The notes: a model not told the origin generated them from the letters alone. Positions 18,133 to 28,451 are shown, counted from the first letter of the stretch. The stretch: DNA of 64,000 nt from a virus (IMGVR_UViG_3300033463_000022:22542-86541), one strand, 5' to 3'. Program-made: numbers and translations.

Positions 18133-18795
18133 ATGGCATACATCTATTAGATTACTAATGATGTAAACGGAAAAATTTATATAGGTAAGACAACGCTTCC
18201 TACTATAGAAGAACGATTTAAATAGCACTGTAGAGATAGTAAAAGGACACGGTGCGAAAAGCGTCCGCTTTATGATGCAATGAATAAATATGGCATTGAA
18301 CATTTTCATATTGAGGAGCTTGAAAAAGTTGACGATATAACAAAATTAGAAGATCGTGAAACCTATTGGATAGAACAAAAATGTTCTTTTAAAGAGGGGT
18401 ATAACGCCACAATGGGTGGAGATGGAACGCCGTATATAGATAGGCAAATGGTAGCAAAACTGTGGTCAGAAGGTTTAACTTGTAAGGCAATTGCCGTTTT
18501 AACAAAACATGATGCCGGTAGTATTAGTAAAATACTAAAAACTGAAAATATAGCCACAGCTAAAGAAATCCAAGAAAACGGAATAAAAAGTTTAAAGAAA
18601 CCTGTTTGTCAAATCGATCCATCAACAGGAGATATTGTGGCAGTTTTTAATTGCTTACGAGATGCTAGCAAAGCGATGCTTGAATAGGGGTTTACTCATT
18701 GTCAGGTTAGTACTGGAGCCACCCATATTAGTCAAGTTTGCGCTGGCAAACGTAAAACATTTGCCAGCTTCGCTTGGAAGCTATTAAATATTTAA
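18133..18795 (+). CDS. GIY-YIG homing endonuclease (220 codons, 3 TAG)
   Basis: MAYIY-Q-ITNDVNGKIYIGKTT...YWIEQK; C-terminal helix-turn-helix-like repeats. Confidence 0.75.
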
Positions 18796-18822
18796 ACCAA
18801 GAGAGAAAAAGGAGAATGAAAG

Positions 18823-20343
18823 ATGAACACTTTGCTTAAGTCCATGAAAGAGTCTCAGAACTATAAGTTGACCGAGAACGGTGGCGTTTCCTACAAGTCC
18901 ACCCTGTCCGGTCTGCTCGACCTGTTCGCGATGGGCGGCTCCTATCGTTCTCGCTCTGACGACGACTGTATCCTCTTGTTCAAGAAGGCTTTCGCAGAGG
19001 ACGAAGTGCACGCATTGCGTTGCCTCTTCTACCTTCGTGACTGCCGCGGCGGCCAGGGTGAGCGTCGCTTCTTCCGCGTTGTCATGAAGTGGCTGGCTAA
19101 CGAGAACACCGAGGCTGCTCGTCGTAACCTTGAACACGTTCCTGAGTTCGGCCGCTGGGATGACCTCTACGCTTTCCTCGGCACTCCGCTCGAGCGTGAG
19201 GCTATGGGAATGATCCGGCACCAGCTCGCTCTGGACGTTCAGTGCAAGACCCCGTCTCTGCTCGCCAAGTGGCTGCCGTCCGAAAACGCTTCGTCTCTCA
19301 AGACTCGCGCTCTTGCTACGAAGACTCGTCGCTTCCTGATGATGACCTCGAAGCAGTACCGTAAGGTTCTGTCTACGCTTCGTAAGCGCATCAACGTCCT
19401 TGAGCGTCTTATGAGTGAGGGCCGTTGGGACGAGATCGAGTTCGATAAGATTCCGTCTAAGGCGGGCCTTATCTACCGCAACGCCTTTGCTCGTCACGAC
19501 GTAGAGCGTGCCAAGAACGAGAACGTCCAGACCTATGCTGACTTCGCTAAGGATAAGACCACTAAGGTCAACGCAGAGACTCTCTATCCTTGCGATGTTG
19601 TGCATAAGGCTCTTGGCACTCGTAGCTACTGGGGCGGACATCAATCCGCGATGGATGCGACTGAGCGCGCTATGTTGAATAAGTACTGGGATAATCTTCA
19701 CGATTACTTCCAGAACGCTGTGTTCAACGGTGTTGCTGTTGTTGATACGTCCAGTTCCATGTGGAGCTGTCGCGGCAACGTGAAGGTTGCTCCTATGGAC
19801 GTGGCATGCGCCCTGGGTATGTACTGCGCTGAGAAGTGCAATCCGAACAGTCCGTGGCACGGTCACTACATCAGCTTCTCTCACCAGGCTCGTCTTGTTG
19901 AGATTGAGGGTGTAGACTTCGTGGATAAGGTTCGCCGCATCCGCGACCACGACCTCTGCGAGAACACCAACATCGAGAGCGTGTTCGAGCTTATCCTCAG
20001 CCTCGCGGTGAAGAACCGCGTTCCGCAGAAGGATATGCCTAAGAACATCGTCATTATCTCCGATCTCGAATTCGATGAGGCTCAGGGGTACGATCGTCGT
20101 TCCAATGAGACCGTTATGGAAAAATGGGTTCGGAAATATGAGGAGTGCGGATATACTTGCCCTAAGATTGTCTTCTGGAATGTTGATTGTCGAAATGACA
20201 ATATTCCCATGAAAGACAACGGCAATGTCACTTTTGTGTCGGGGTATAGTCCCTCCCTTTTCGAGCAGCTCCTTACCGGCAAAACCGGTTTGGATTTCGT
20301 GCTCGATAAGCTCGACAGCGAAAGATACTCCTGTATCCGCTAA
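18823..20343 (+). CDS. TROVE-like plus vWA (MIDAS) domain protein, Ro60/Rsr-like; GC-rich and TAG-free
   Basis: N-terminal pattern NGGVSYKSTLSGLLDLF..GGSY and RDCRGGQGER resembles the Ro60 TROVE N-terminus; MIDAS VAVVDTSSSM...IVIISDLEFD; strong RBS AAGGAGAATGAAAG-ATG; GC content far above flanks. Confidence 0.55.
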   Translation: MNTLLKSMKESQNYKLTENGGVSYKSTLSGLLDLFAMGGSYRSRSDDDCILLFKKAFAEDEVHALRCLFYLRDCRGGQGERRFFRVVMKWLANENTEAARRNLEHVPEFGRWDDLYAFLGTPLEREAMGMIRHQLALDVQCKTPSLLAKWLPSENASSLKTRALATKTRRFLMMTSKQYRKVLSTLRKRINVLERLMSEGRWDEIEFDKIPSKAGLIYRNAFARHDVERAKNENVQTYADFAKDKTTKVNAETLYPCDVVHKALGTRSYWGGHQSAMDATERAMLNKYWDNLHDYFQNAVFNGVAVVDTSSSMWSCRGNVKVAPMDVACALGMYCAEKCNPNSPWHGHYISFSHQARLVEIEGVDFVDKVRRIRDHDLCENTNIESVFELILSLAVKNRVPQKDMPKNIVIISDLEFDEAQGYDRRSNETVMEKWVRKYEECGYTCPKIVFWNVDCRNDNIPMKDNGNVTFVSGYSPSLFEQLLTGKTGLDFVLDKLDSERYSCIR

Positions 20344-20420
20344 CAATATGGAAATTGACTGGGCAAAAGAAGTTTGACTAGCCCAGTCAATTTCCATATA
20401 ATATGAAAGGAGCGGATAAT

Positions 20421-21212
20421 ATGGAACTTGAAGAATTAATCCCTTATCATCCTAAGAAAGTGCCTCATAATTTTATTGACTTGACAGGAACCGAAACTCC
20501 AGCCTATAAAATTATATGTCGAGTAGCTCAACCGGAAGGAAAAACTGCTGGAGTTTATTGGGGATGCCAATGTAAGATTTGCGGCAGCTATTGTATAAAA
20601 CTGGGAACAAATGTAAAACGAGATAAAAGTTGCGGCTGCGCGAGAAAAAAGAATATTGGAGCCGCTTTACGAAAAAATTTAGCCGGACAAAAATTTGGTA
20701 TGCTTACGGCTATTGAATATACCGGTCGAAGTAATTCCAGTGGTAATGCAATATGGCGCTGCCAATGCGAATGTGGCAATGAATGCGAAGTTGATAGTAA
20801 TAATCTTACCTCTTTGCATACTGTTTCTTGTGGATGCGTAAAACGTGAAAAATCTGTGGGTGCTAAAAATATAGAAACACTATTAAAACAGTCAAATATT
20901 TCTTTTAAAACAGAGATAGGGTTTAAAGACCTTTATGATAAGAACCCCATTCATTTGCTCCGTTATGATTTTGGTATATATGATAATGCGGGTACTTTAA
21001 TTCGATTAATTGAATTTGATGGAATACAGCACTTTTCAGAAACATGGGGAAAGTGGAATAATCAAGATTCGTTAAAAGACAGACAATATCGAGATAAGCA
21101 AAAGAATGAATACGCTTTATCTCATAATATCCCCCTTGCCCGCATCCCTTATACTGAACGCGATAACATCACTTTAGATATGATACTAGGAGACGAGTAT
21201 CTTATCAAGTAA
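20421..21212 (+). CDS. putative endonuclease (Zn-ribbon N-terminus plus PD-(D/E)xK/DUF559-like C-terminus)
   Basis: CQCKICG...CGC and RYDFGIYDNAGTLIRLIEFDGIQHF motifs; RBS GAAAGGAGCGGATAAT-ATG identical in context to the fliD-like gene. Confidence 0.5.
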   Translation: MELEELIPYHPKKVPHNFIDLTGTETPAYKIICRVAQPEGKTAGVYWGCQCKICGSYCIKLGTNVKRDKSCGCARKKNIGAALRKNLAGQKFGMLTAIEYTGRSNSSGNAIWRCQCECGNECEVDSNNLTSLHTVSCGCVKREKSVGAKNIETLLKQSNISFKTEIGFKDLYDKNPIHLLRYDFGIYDNAGTLIRLIEFDGIQHFSETWGKWNNQDSLKDRQYRDKQKNEYALSHNIPLARIPYTERDNITLDMILGDEYLIK

Positions 21213-21320
21213 CCTAGCGACCTTTTAGAGGAGAGTAGCAAGCCTACTCTCCTCTTTTACTTTTATTAAAATTTATTATATAATATTATTAGAGAATGAG
21301 AAAGGAAGTGTAAGAGTTCT

Positions 21321-21884
21321 ATGAAGATTATTCTGCCCAAACCAATTATTTTCATTGAAAGATGGAAATACAGTAAAGTCTATGGTATTTATGTTTCCAA
21401 TAGAGGCAATTTCCGCGACAAGAATAAACAGGTTATAAAGCCTATGGTTGGCAGTAATGGTTACCTGTCCGTTCAGCTCAAATATGGTACTGAGCTCGCT
21501 CACAGAATTGTCGCTGCGGTGTGGCTGCCATGCGAAGATATGTATCATTTAACAGTTGACCACCTTGACCATAACAAGCGCAACAACTCTGTTTCCAATC
21601 TGGAATGGGTGACGGAGAAAGAGAATCTTCAAAGGGCGCAAGCCGATCTAGAAAGCACTCAACAGACAGTTAAAATTCAAACCAACGCCTCTATTGGTAT
21701 ATTCACTGATGCTGAATATAAAAACGTCATTATTTCATTTGACGGCGCTGCCGAAGCTGCGAAATGGTTGCGAAAAAAGCATCCTGAACTGTGCCGGTTC
21801 AGCGAAGATAGCACGATTGAGAGAATTGCCAAAGCGTGCAACAAAACCGCCGCATGGTGTTCCTACTACTGGAAAGCACTCTAA
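21321..21884 (+). CDS. HNH homing endonuclease
   Basis: NGYLSVQL..G...LAHRIVAAVWLP...HLTVDHLDHNKRNNSVSNLEWVTEKEN. Confidence 0.7.
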   Translation: MKIILPKPIIFIERWKYSKVYGIYVSNRGNFRDKNKQVIKPMVGSNGYLSVQLKYGTELAHRIVAAVWLPCEDMYHLTVDHLDHNKRNNSVSNLEWVTEKENLQRAQADLESTQQTVKIQTNASIGIFTDAEYKNVIISFDGAAEAAKWLRKKHPELCRFSEDSTIERIAKACNKTAAWCSYYWKAL

Positions 21885-21907
21885 TTAAGAAAGGAGAGTT
21901 ATGAGAA

Positions 21908-22213
21908 ATGTTAAAGATTTGGGTTGATGATATAAGATCCGCTCCGGACGGATATATTTGGTGTAAGAGCACCAACGAAGCAAAGAAAACTATCTGGGAT
22001 AGTGATGATATGTCTGTCCTGCTTGACCTCGATCACGACGCCGGTGATTTCTTCTATGACGGCGGCGATTACGTCAAAATTCTCGATTGGTTAGAGTATT
22101 ATGCCATGGGTAAATTCGATATCTCGGTACATATTCATAGCATGAACCCTGTCGGTCGTCAGAATATGGTTCGCATCTGCCAAAGAAATGGCTGGAAGGT
22201 GGAGGTAGACTGA
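21908..22213 (+). CDS. hypothetical protein (101 aa)
   Basis: ORF with AAAGGAGAG RBS. Confidence 0.45.
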   Translation: MLKIWVDDIRSAPDGYIWCKSTNEAKKTIWDSDDMSVLLDLDHDAGDFFYDGGDYVKILDWLEYYAMGKFDISVHIHSMNPVGRQNMVRICQRNGWKVEVD

Positions 22214-22437
22214 TGGAAAAGTTTTATAAGGTTAGCGAAAGTAAATTGAGAGAACTTATTTATGATTCTCTCAGATGGATTGCTCTCGAAAATGGGGGTG
22301 TAGATAATTGGGATTGGTATGGTGCATCGCTTACGGACTATCTACATGGATATAACGAAACAGAGTCATCATTATATGATAGCATCTATGATATTGCTAC
22401 TGATCTTGTCCATCAAGAGTATGAGGAGGTGGAGTAA
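22213..22437 (+). CDS. hypothetical protein (74 aa)
   Basis: Overlapping start ATGG; acidic protein. Confidence 0.4.
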   Translation: MEKFYKVSESKLRELIYDSLRWIALENGGVDNWDWYGASLTDYLHGYNETESSLYDSIYDIATDLVHQEYEEVE

Positions 22438-22742
22438 TGCCTCGAATGAGTGGACATAGCAAGGAGCGCTCCGTCGAGCGAGTAGATGGCGTTGATAATT
22501 TCTCCGACGCCCGCAAGTATGCTAAGCAAGCTTGGCAGAGCGGGAACACAATTAATCACTATATTAAATATCCCAAGTTTTTTAGTTATCTGCAAAACAA
22601 AAAGAATCAAACATGTACTTGCTCATTAAGAATTTATAAGGATAATATTTATATATGGAGAGGACGATTGAGGACACTTGTAACTGTCCATCCAATACCC
22701 GATAGATATATTAAAGAAATGGAAGTGATAGATAATGGCTAA
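22437..22742 (+). CDS. hypothetical protein (101 aa)
   Basis: Translationally coupled (TAATG). Confidence 0.4.
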   Translation: MPRMSGHSKERSVERVDGVDNFSDARKYAKQAWQSGNTINHYIKYPKFFSYLQNKKNQTCTCSLRIYKDNIYIWRGRLRTLVTVHPIPDRYIKEMEVIDNG

Positions 22743-23538
22743 TTATCATAGTGATAAATGGATTATGGATAGAATGATGGAGCATTACAAAGAAGGGTGC
22801 TCCATCATTCCAGAAAAACAGGTGGTTGGTCTCTTTTATCAAGGGTCTGGCAACTATGGATTAGATGTTGAAACCTCTGATGTTGACACGCGCATGGCTA
22901 TCGTACCTACTTTTCACGATATTGCGATGAATAAAAAAGCGATTAGTACCACACACATTCGGGCCAACGAAGAGCACATTGACCTAAAAGATATTAGAAA
23001 TCTTTGTGCAACCTTCAAAAAGCAGAATATGAATTTCGTCGAGCTCCTTTTTACACCCTATAAAGAAGTGAACCCCCTCTATCAAGAGCAATGGGATAGG
23101 CTCGTGCGGGAACGCGAGGTCATCGCGCGTTACTCTCCCTATCAGGCGGTCAAGACCATGAAAGGTATCGCTATGGAGAAGTACCATGCGATGGAACACG
23201 AATATCCGTCAAAGTTGGAAGTCTTGGCTAAGTACGGCTACGACCCGAAACAACTCCACCATCTTTTGAGGGTACTCGACTTCTTGGACAGATATATCAG
23301 AGGCGAGGCTTATGAAGATTGTTTGCGGCCGCGCCCTGCCGACCTTGAGTACCTTAAAAAGGTGAAAATGGGATGCCATGACCTTGAAACCGCGCGCGCT
23401 ATCGCGAACGCCGCAATTAAAACCGTCACCGATATCGCTGATGGTTATACTTCCGCCCACGAATGCACTTGCGATCCCTACGCTGAGGAACTAATCGACG
23501 ATGTGCAATATGAAATTATGAAGATTGCCGTAGAATAG
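22735..23538 (+). CDS. putative nucleotidyltransferase (pol-beta superfamily)
   Basis: GSGNYGLDVETSDVDT matches the G[SG]x9-13D.D NTase motif. Confidence 0.5.
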   Translation: MANYHSDKWIMDRMMEHYKEGCSIIPEKQVVGLFYQGSGNYGLDVETSDVDTRMAIVPTFHDIAMNKKAISTTHIRANEEHIDLKDIRNLCATFKKQNMNFVELLFTPYKEVNPLYQEQWDRLVREREVIARYSPYQAVKTMKGIAMEKYHAMEHEYPSKLEVLAKYGYDPKQLHHLLRVLDFLDRYIRGEAYEDCLRPRPADLEYLKKVKMGCHDLETARAIANAAIKTVTDIADGYTSAHECTCDPYAEELIDDVQYEIMKIAVE

Positions 23539-23549
23539 GAGTTAAAATA

Positions 23550-23774
23550 ATGTATCTATATTTTGAACACTCTAATGGCGATCTCTCTTTCATCTGCGAA
23601 TGTAGCAAGGAAGAGGTCGACAAAAAGATTACGGAGTTTGTCCACTCCATCAACCCTAATTACAAAATTCCCTATATGCGTTCTTGGGGTAGCGAAGACA
23701 ATTTCATCACTTACGACATTGGAAGCCACACTGAATTCTTTCATCTGGTGAAAGATCGTCGTTTCGAGAACTAA
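23550..23774 (+). CDS. hypothetical protein (74 aa)
   Basis: ORF with GGAG RBS. Confidence 0.4.
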   Translation: MYLYFEHSNGDLSFICECSKEEVDKKITEFVHSINPNYKIPYMRSWGSEDNFITYDIGSHTEFFHLVKDRRFEN

Positions 23775-24012
23775 TGCTCTTTTGACCTAAGCATTTTTAT
23801 TTGTTATAATAATTATAGACACTTGAGAAAGGAGTAACTCAAATGAATATCTCTATTGGCGCGACCGTTTATGACAAACGATTCCCCGACACAGTAATTG
23901 GTAAGGCGGTATCCATCAATAGCAAGACTCAGGTAGCAATCATCGAAACCATGCGAGGTTGGAGTGTACTCCCTACTTATATGATTGAAATGAATGGAGG
24001 TCGAAAGAACTA

Positions 24013-24291
24013 ATGCCAGGTAGAAAAAGTCAATACTCAGCGGAGTTTAACGCTCAGATTAAAACAAATTTGCTTATGACCTTGGACGAAGCAACCGAGG
24101 CAGACATCCCCACGACAGATTGGATACAGAGAAATAATATTATCTTGTCTAATGTCACGCCTCAAAAGCTGTCGAGGAGCTTGAATGAGCTTGCAGATAT
24201 GGGGCTTGTAGTTAAAGGGAAGAACAGGGCCGGCAGGATGGTTTATAGACTGAAAGCCAATATGGAGAAAGAGGGGTACACGTTCGAATGA
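24013..24291 (+). CDS. hypothetical protein (92 aa)
   Basis: ORF. Confidence 0.4.
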   Translation: MPGRKSQYSAEFNAQIKTNLLMTLDEATEADIPTTDWIQRNNIILSNVTPQKLSRSLNELADMGLVVKGKNRAGRMVYRLKANMEKEGYTFE

Positions 24292-25055
24292 TAAAGGCGT
24301 TGACAGCTTTAGGAATTATTGGCGCGACAATTTATATTATTATCTTTTGCTTCTGTCTATTTTCAGAAAGACATTTCATTTTCCCCTTTAGATTTCTCAA
24401 TTCTCTTAAAGATTACTATGAATGGCGAAATTCTAGCTACGACTTCTCTATTCTTAAAAGAGAGGGTGGTATTTCTCATATAATGCCTAAGAATCTCCCC
24501 ATTCTCGAATTTGATAAGTTCCTTGATTTATATTCCATTAACCCTAAGAAGTATGATATTGATGGAACTTATGCAGTAAAGTATAATGAAAGTAGTAAAT
24601 ACTATAACTGCTATCAAGCTGTCTTTACTTTCTCTTATCCCGACTGGCTGCGTTATGATGCTTGGAAAAAGAATAATAAACAGCAGAAAGCGGCTTTTGA
24701 AAGCGATAAACGCAGTGCTGTAGCTCAGGTCGCCATGTACGATATGCTGAAAGACGCAGAACAAGATATTGAAAAGCTGAAAGCTAAAAGCCAGCAAGAG
24801 ATGGAAGCAGCCGCAAAGAAGGCGGCAGAGATTGGTCAAAGAGTAGCCGTTAATAACGAAGAGTTTGTTGATTTTCTTCAAACTCTTGGAGCGTGCGGGG
24901 ACGCGATGTTGTCGGGCGACACATCTAGCTCTGAGGCGCCTCAGCCCTCCCCGCCGCTCCCAGATATGACCTTAATTGCTAACTGGCCCGATTATATTGA
25001 ATGGGAAGATCGGGCAGGCCGCCGTTGGTATCAACAAAGAAAGAAAGGAAGATGA
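24288..25055 (+). CDS. hypothetical membrane-anchored protein (255 aa)
   Basis: N-terminal TM helix, coiled-coil centre, Pro-rich tail. Confidence 0.45.
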   Translation: MIKALTALGIIGATIYIIIFCFCLFSERHFIFPFRFLNSLKDYYEWRNSSYDFSILKREGGISHIMPKNLPILEFDKFLDLYSINPKKYDIDGTYAVKYNESSKYYNCYQAVFTFSYPDWLRYDAWKKNNKQQKAAFESDKRSAVAQVAMYDMLKDAEQDIEKLKAKSQQEMEAAAKKAAEIGQRVAVNNEEFVDFLQTLGACGDAMLSGDTSSSEAPQPSPPLPDMTLIANWPDYIEWEDRAGRRWYQQRKKGR

Positions 25056-25061
25056 TAAGTA

Positions 25062-26444
25062 ATGTCTGAACACGTCGGTTATATCGTGAAGGTTGAATTC
25101 CTTCGTCCGCACTCTAACGCTGATCGCCTCAATATTCTCACCGTTTTCGGCGAAGATACCTGTGTTTCTAAGGAAGTTCAGGTTGGCGATATCGGCATCT
25201 ATTTCCCTTGCGATCTCCAGCTGAGCGAGGAGTACTGCGACCAGAACCACCTTTGCCGCAAGAAGGCAGATGGTACTCCCGATACTGGTTATCTTGAGCG
25301 CAACACTCGTCATGTGACCGCCATCAAGCTCCGCGGTGAGAAGTCTAGCGGTCTCTATATGCCTCTCTCTTCTCTTGCTTACTGCGGCAACGCTTCCTTT
25401 GAGGTCGGTCAGAAGATCGACATGGTGAACGGTCATGAAATCTGCCGCAAGTATATCCCCCGTTCTAACACCCGCCAGGGGCAGGTTAGCGAGGGCAACC
25501 GCACTCGCAAAAAGCGCGTGCCTTTGGCGCCTCTCTTCGCTGAGCACGCTGACACTGAGCAGCTTGCTTACAACCTGGCAGCCTTTAAGCCTGGTGACCT
25601 CGTTGAGATCACCTTGAAGATGCACGGCACTTCTCAGCGTACTGGCTACCTGCCTAAGTACTCTGGCGAAAAGCGCACCTTCTGGCAGAAGCTGTTCAAT
25701 AAGCCTGGCACTCCTATCTACGACTGGGGTTATGTAACCGGCACTCGCCGCACCGTACTTAACGACTTCGACGAGGGCGGCTTCTATGGCAACAACGAGT
25801 TCCGTTCGGGCCCCGCCAAGTTCTTCGAGGGTAAGTTGGAGAAGGGTGAAACTGTCTACTACGAAGTCGTAGGTTTCACCACTTCTGGTGCGCCTATCAT
25901 GGCTTCTCAGTCCAACAAGCAGGTTGATAAGCTTCTTGGCGACAAGAGCTTCTCTCAGAAGTACGGCGAGACTACAGTCTTCTCCTATGGTTGCACTCCG
26001 GACGGTGATCTCCAGCAGGACTTCTATGTCTACCGCATGACCTTCACCAACGAGGATGGCTTCGTCGTAGAGTATACTCCCGACTTCATGCGCTATCGTT
26101 GCGAGCAGATGGGAGCTAAGTGCGTACCGCTGCTTTGGAAGGGATTTATTCCAAAGACGCCAAAGCGTTATCCATCCAATGAAGATGGCCTCACCTTCCG
26201 CGAGGAAGAGTGTAGCGCTGGCGAGTATGTTAAGGCAATCGCCGAGGAATACTTCGACGGTCCCGACCCTGTCGGTAAGACCCACGTTCGCGAGGGCGTT
26301 GTCTGCCGTATCGTAAATCGTCCGAAGTTCTGCGCCTACAAGCACAAGAACTTCTCCTTCAAGGTGCTCGAAGGCCTCATTAAGGAGAACGCGCAGGCTC
26401 CTGACATGGAAGAAGCCGAAGATATCAAGAGCGATGAAATCTAG
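25062..26444 (+). CDS. Rnl2-family ATP-dependent RNA ligase fused to an N-terminal tRNA-binding OB domain; GC-rich, TAG-free
   Basis: Nucleotidyltransferase motif I EITLKMHGTSQRTG matches T4 Rnl2 KIHGTN; N-terminal VKVEFLRPHSNADRLNIL resembles the Myf/CsaA tRNA-binding fold. Confidence 0.65.
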   Translation: MSEHVGYIVKVEFLRPHSNADRLNILTVFGEDTCVSKEVQVGDIGIYFPCDLQLSEEYCDQNHLCRKKADGTPDTGYLERNTRHVTAIKLRGEKSSGLYMPLSSLAYCGNASFEVGQKIDMVNGHEICRKYIPRSNTRQGQVSEGNRTRKKRVPLAPLFAEHADTEQLAYNLAAFKPGDLVEITLKMHGTSQRTGYLPKYSGEKRTFWQKLFNKPGTPIYDWGYVTGTRRTVLNDFDEGGFYGNNEFRSGPAKFFEGKLEKGETVYYEVVGFTTSGAPIMASQSNKQVDKLLGDKSFSQKYGETTVFSYGCTPDGDLQQDFYVYRMTFTNEDGFVVEYTPDFMRYRCEQMGAKCVPLLWKGFIPKTPKRYPSNEDGLTFREEECSAGEYVKAIAEEYFDGPDPVGKTHVREGVVCRIVNRPKFCAYKHKNFSFKVLEGLIKENAQAPDMEEAEDIKSDEI

Positions 26445-27048
26445 CTATAAACAAATAGCTTGCGGCGGCATGGTTGCTGGCTTCCTCATAGGGTGCGCAG
26501 CTGCTGCTAGTACCCTCGCCGCCGCAAGCCTTCCCTTTCTAAAACCCCTCATTTTTCCCTTCGCTCTTCTCTTGATTTGTTATGGCAGATTCCATTTATT
26601 TACAGGAAACCTCTATAAAATTGGAAGAGATGAGTCTCTGTCCGCAATAACTAAATATAACTTACTTGCACTTAACTACATTTCCAATTTGCTAGGAACT
26701 TTTTTGACGAGCCTTCTCATAAAAGTTCCAACAGAAGCAATGATGTTTGATAAAGCAGCGCTCGGCGCAAGGAAGATTTTTTTCTTAGGCATCGGTTGTA
26801 ATATCCTCGTATGTTTAGGTGTTAAGCTCTTTAAAGTCTCTCCTTTCGCTACCTATTGTTGCACTGCTTTGTTTGTAGCTTGCGGATTCGAGCACTCTAT
26901 AGCGGATATGTATTATGCGCTATGTCTTCCATTCTCTTGGTCGTATCTCCTAGGTTTTGGTTCTGTAGTAGTGGTTGTGACTGCTGGTAATATAATAGGT
27001 GCTTTTATTGTGATTTTAATAGAAAGGATAATGGAACATGACTCTTGA
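26434..27048 (+). CDS. polytopic membrane protein (204 aa)
   Basis: Five or six hydrophobic helices. Confidence 0.45.
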   Translation: MKSSYKQIACGGMVAGFLIGCAAAASTLAAASLPFLKPLIFPFALLLICYGRFHLFTGNLYKIGRDESLSAITKYNLLALNYISNLLGTFLTSLLIKVPTEAMMFDKAALGARKIFFLGIGCNILVCLGVKLFKVSPFATYCCTALFVACGFEHSIADMYYALCLPFSWSYLLGFGSVVVVVTAGNIIGAFIVILIERIMEHDS

Positions 27049-27292
27049 GCTATTCAAAAAGTCTATCTACAAAATCCGCGAGTTTGTTAATAAGGCATCA
27101 GAAGTCGAGAAGCTAACTGGCTTCAACTGGACAGAGTCTTTCATCGGTGACTTGTTCGACGTTTTCTATGATGTAATGATGCCTAATGCAACAGATGAAG
27201 ATTTCGAAGCCTTTGGCGATTTGCTATTTGCTAATGAAATCAAAGACGATGATATTGAAAATGTTTGGGAACTTTATAAAGAGAGCCTTTGA
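27038..27292 (+). CDS. hypothetical acidic protein (84 aa)
   Basis: ORF followed by a terminator hairpin overlapping the stop. Confidence 0.4.
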   Translation: MTLELFKKSIYKIREFVNKASEVEKLTGFNWTESFIGDLFDVFYDVMMPNATDEDFEAFGDLLFANEIKDDDIENVWELYKESL

Positions 27293-27366
27293 ACAAAGGC
27301 TCTCTTTACTTTTTTAATTATTTATATTATAATATTTATAGAAACTGAAAGAAGGTGTGAGTTCAA

Positions 27367-27582
27367 ATGAGAGATTTCTATGGAGAGATTGATAAGGCAC
27401 TGCAAAGCTATGAACAGTTTAAGCCCTGTCATATTCATAATACAGAATGGATTTGTAATCGCATCGACTGGTGTTATAAGTGGCGGAAAATCACCAAAGA
27501 GCAGATGGAAGAGCTCGTCAACCGTGTAATAGCAGTACTCGACAACGAGCTTGTGAAAGTTTGTAGAAAGAAGGGGTACTGA
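27367..27582 (+). CDS. hypothetical protein (71 aa)
   Basis: Promoter TTTACT-N17-TATAAT and GAAGG RBS upstream. Confidence 0.4.
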   Translation: MRDFYGEIDKALQSYEQFKPCHIHNTEWICNRIDWCYKWRKITKEQMEELVNRVIAVLDNELVKVCRKKGY

Positions 27583-28277
27583 TGGCACGATATGTGGTTT
27601 CCGATCTCCACGGCAGGTTTGACCTCTATCAAGAGATAGAGAAGTTTAGAAAGTCTGGAGATAAAATTATTTGTCTGGGTGACTGCGGCGACCGCGGTCC
27701 GCAGAGCATTGAAGTATGCCAAGCCATTGCAGATAATCCCGATTGGATGTGTCTGATGGGCAATCACGAGCATATGACGCTTGAAGCCCTTAAAGAAGAT
27801 ATATATTGCAGAAGTAGTAGTTACTATAATCCAGATGCCTACTCTGTTTCTTTTGATAATGGCGGAGAAGATACCTACAATGGCATGATGGAAGATCCCC
27901 GATGGTGGATTGACTATCTGAGCAAACTCCCTTATAGAATTAATATTGAGAACGAGCTTGGGCTCAATCTGATCCTCACTCATGCGGGCTTTGATCCGAA
28001 CTACGAACCGAAAAAGTGGGATTATATCTGGAATCGCTCTCATATCAATATGCCGTGGCCCGTAGACCACAAATTTGATAGAACTCTCCTAATCCATGGT
28101 CACACTCCGATCCCCGCTATTAACGAGGATTGGAAGCCGCAGGATGGCTCCTACTCCTATGCCGATGGGCATAAAATCAACATTGACGCCGGCAGTGTAT
28201 GGACGGGAGCGACAATCCTGCTCGACATTGACTCGTTCGACGAGCACATCTTCGATATAGAGGGGGAAAACAAGTGA
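27582..28277 (+). CDS. calcineurin-like metallophosphoesterase (Ser/Thr phosphatase or ApaH-like)
   Basis: DLHG, GDCGDRGP and GNHE motifs. Confidence 0.7.
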   Translation: MARYVVSDLHGRFDLYQEIEKFRKSGDKIICLGDCGDRGPQSIEVCQAIADNPDWMCLMGNHEHMTLEALKEDIYCRSSSYYNPDAYSVSFDNGGEDTYNGMMEDPRWWIDYLSKLPYRINIENELGLNLILTHAGFDPNYEPKKWDYIWNRSHINMPWPVDHKFDRTLLIHGHTPIPAINEDWKPQDGSYSYADGHKINIDAGSVWTGATILLDIDSFDEHIFDIEGENK

Positions 28278-28451
28278 GGGTATTGAGTGGATATTTCTTC
28301 ACAAAGCGCAATGGAATAGTTCCTGTCCCTCCCGACCATCTTGCCGTAATCAACCTCGCTCCGAAAACTTATTTTAATAATTTTGACCGTTCAATTGAAG
28401 AGAATGCTGACCTGCGTGGTTATATGTTTTTGATAGAAGGTGAGGATAAAG

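Noticed and set aside
18784-20397. 537-aa ORF on the minus strand
   Set aside because: Antisense shadow of the GC-rich + strand TROVE/vWA gene. It has Leu/Val/Ala-rich composition, no RBS and no motifs, whereas the + strand ORF has a strong RBS and a MIDAS motif.
24972-26345. 457-aa ORF on the minus strand
   Set aside because: Antisense shadow of the GC-rich Rnl2-type RNA ligase gene on the + strand.
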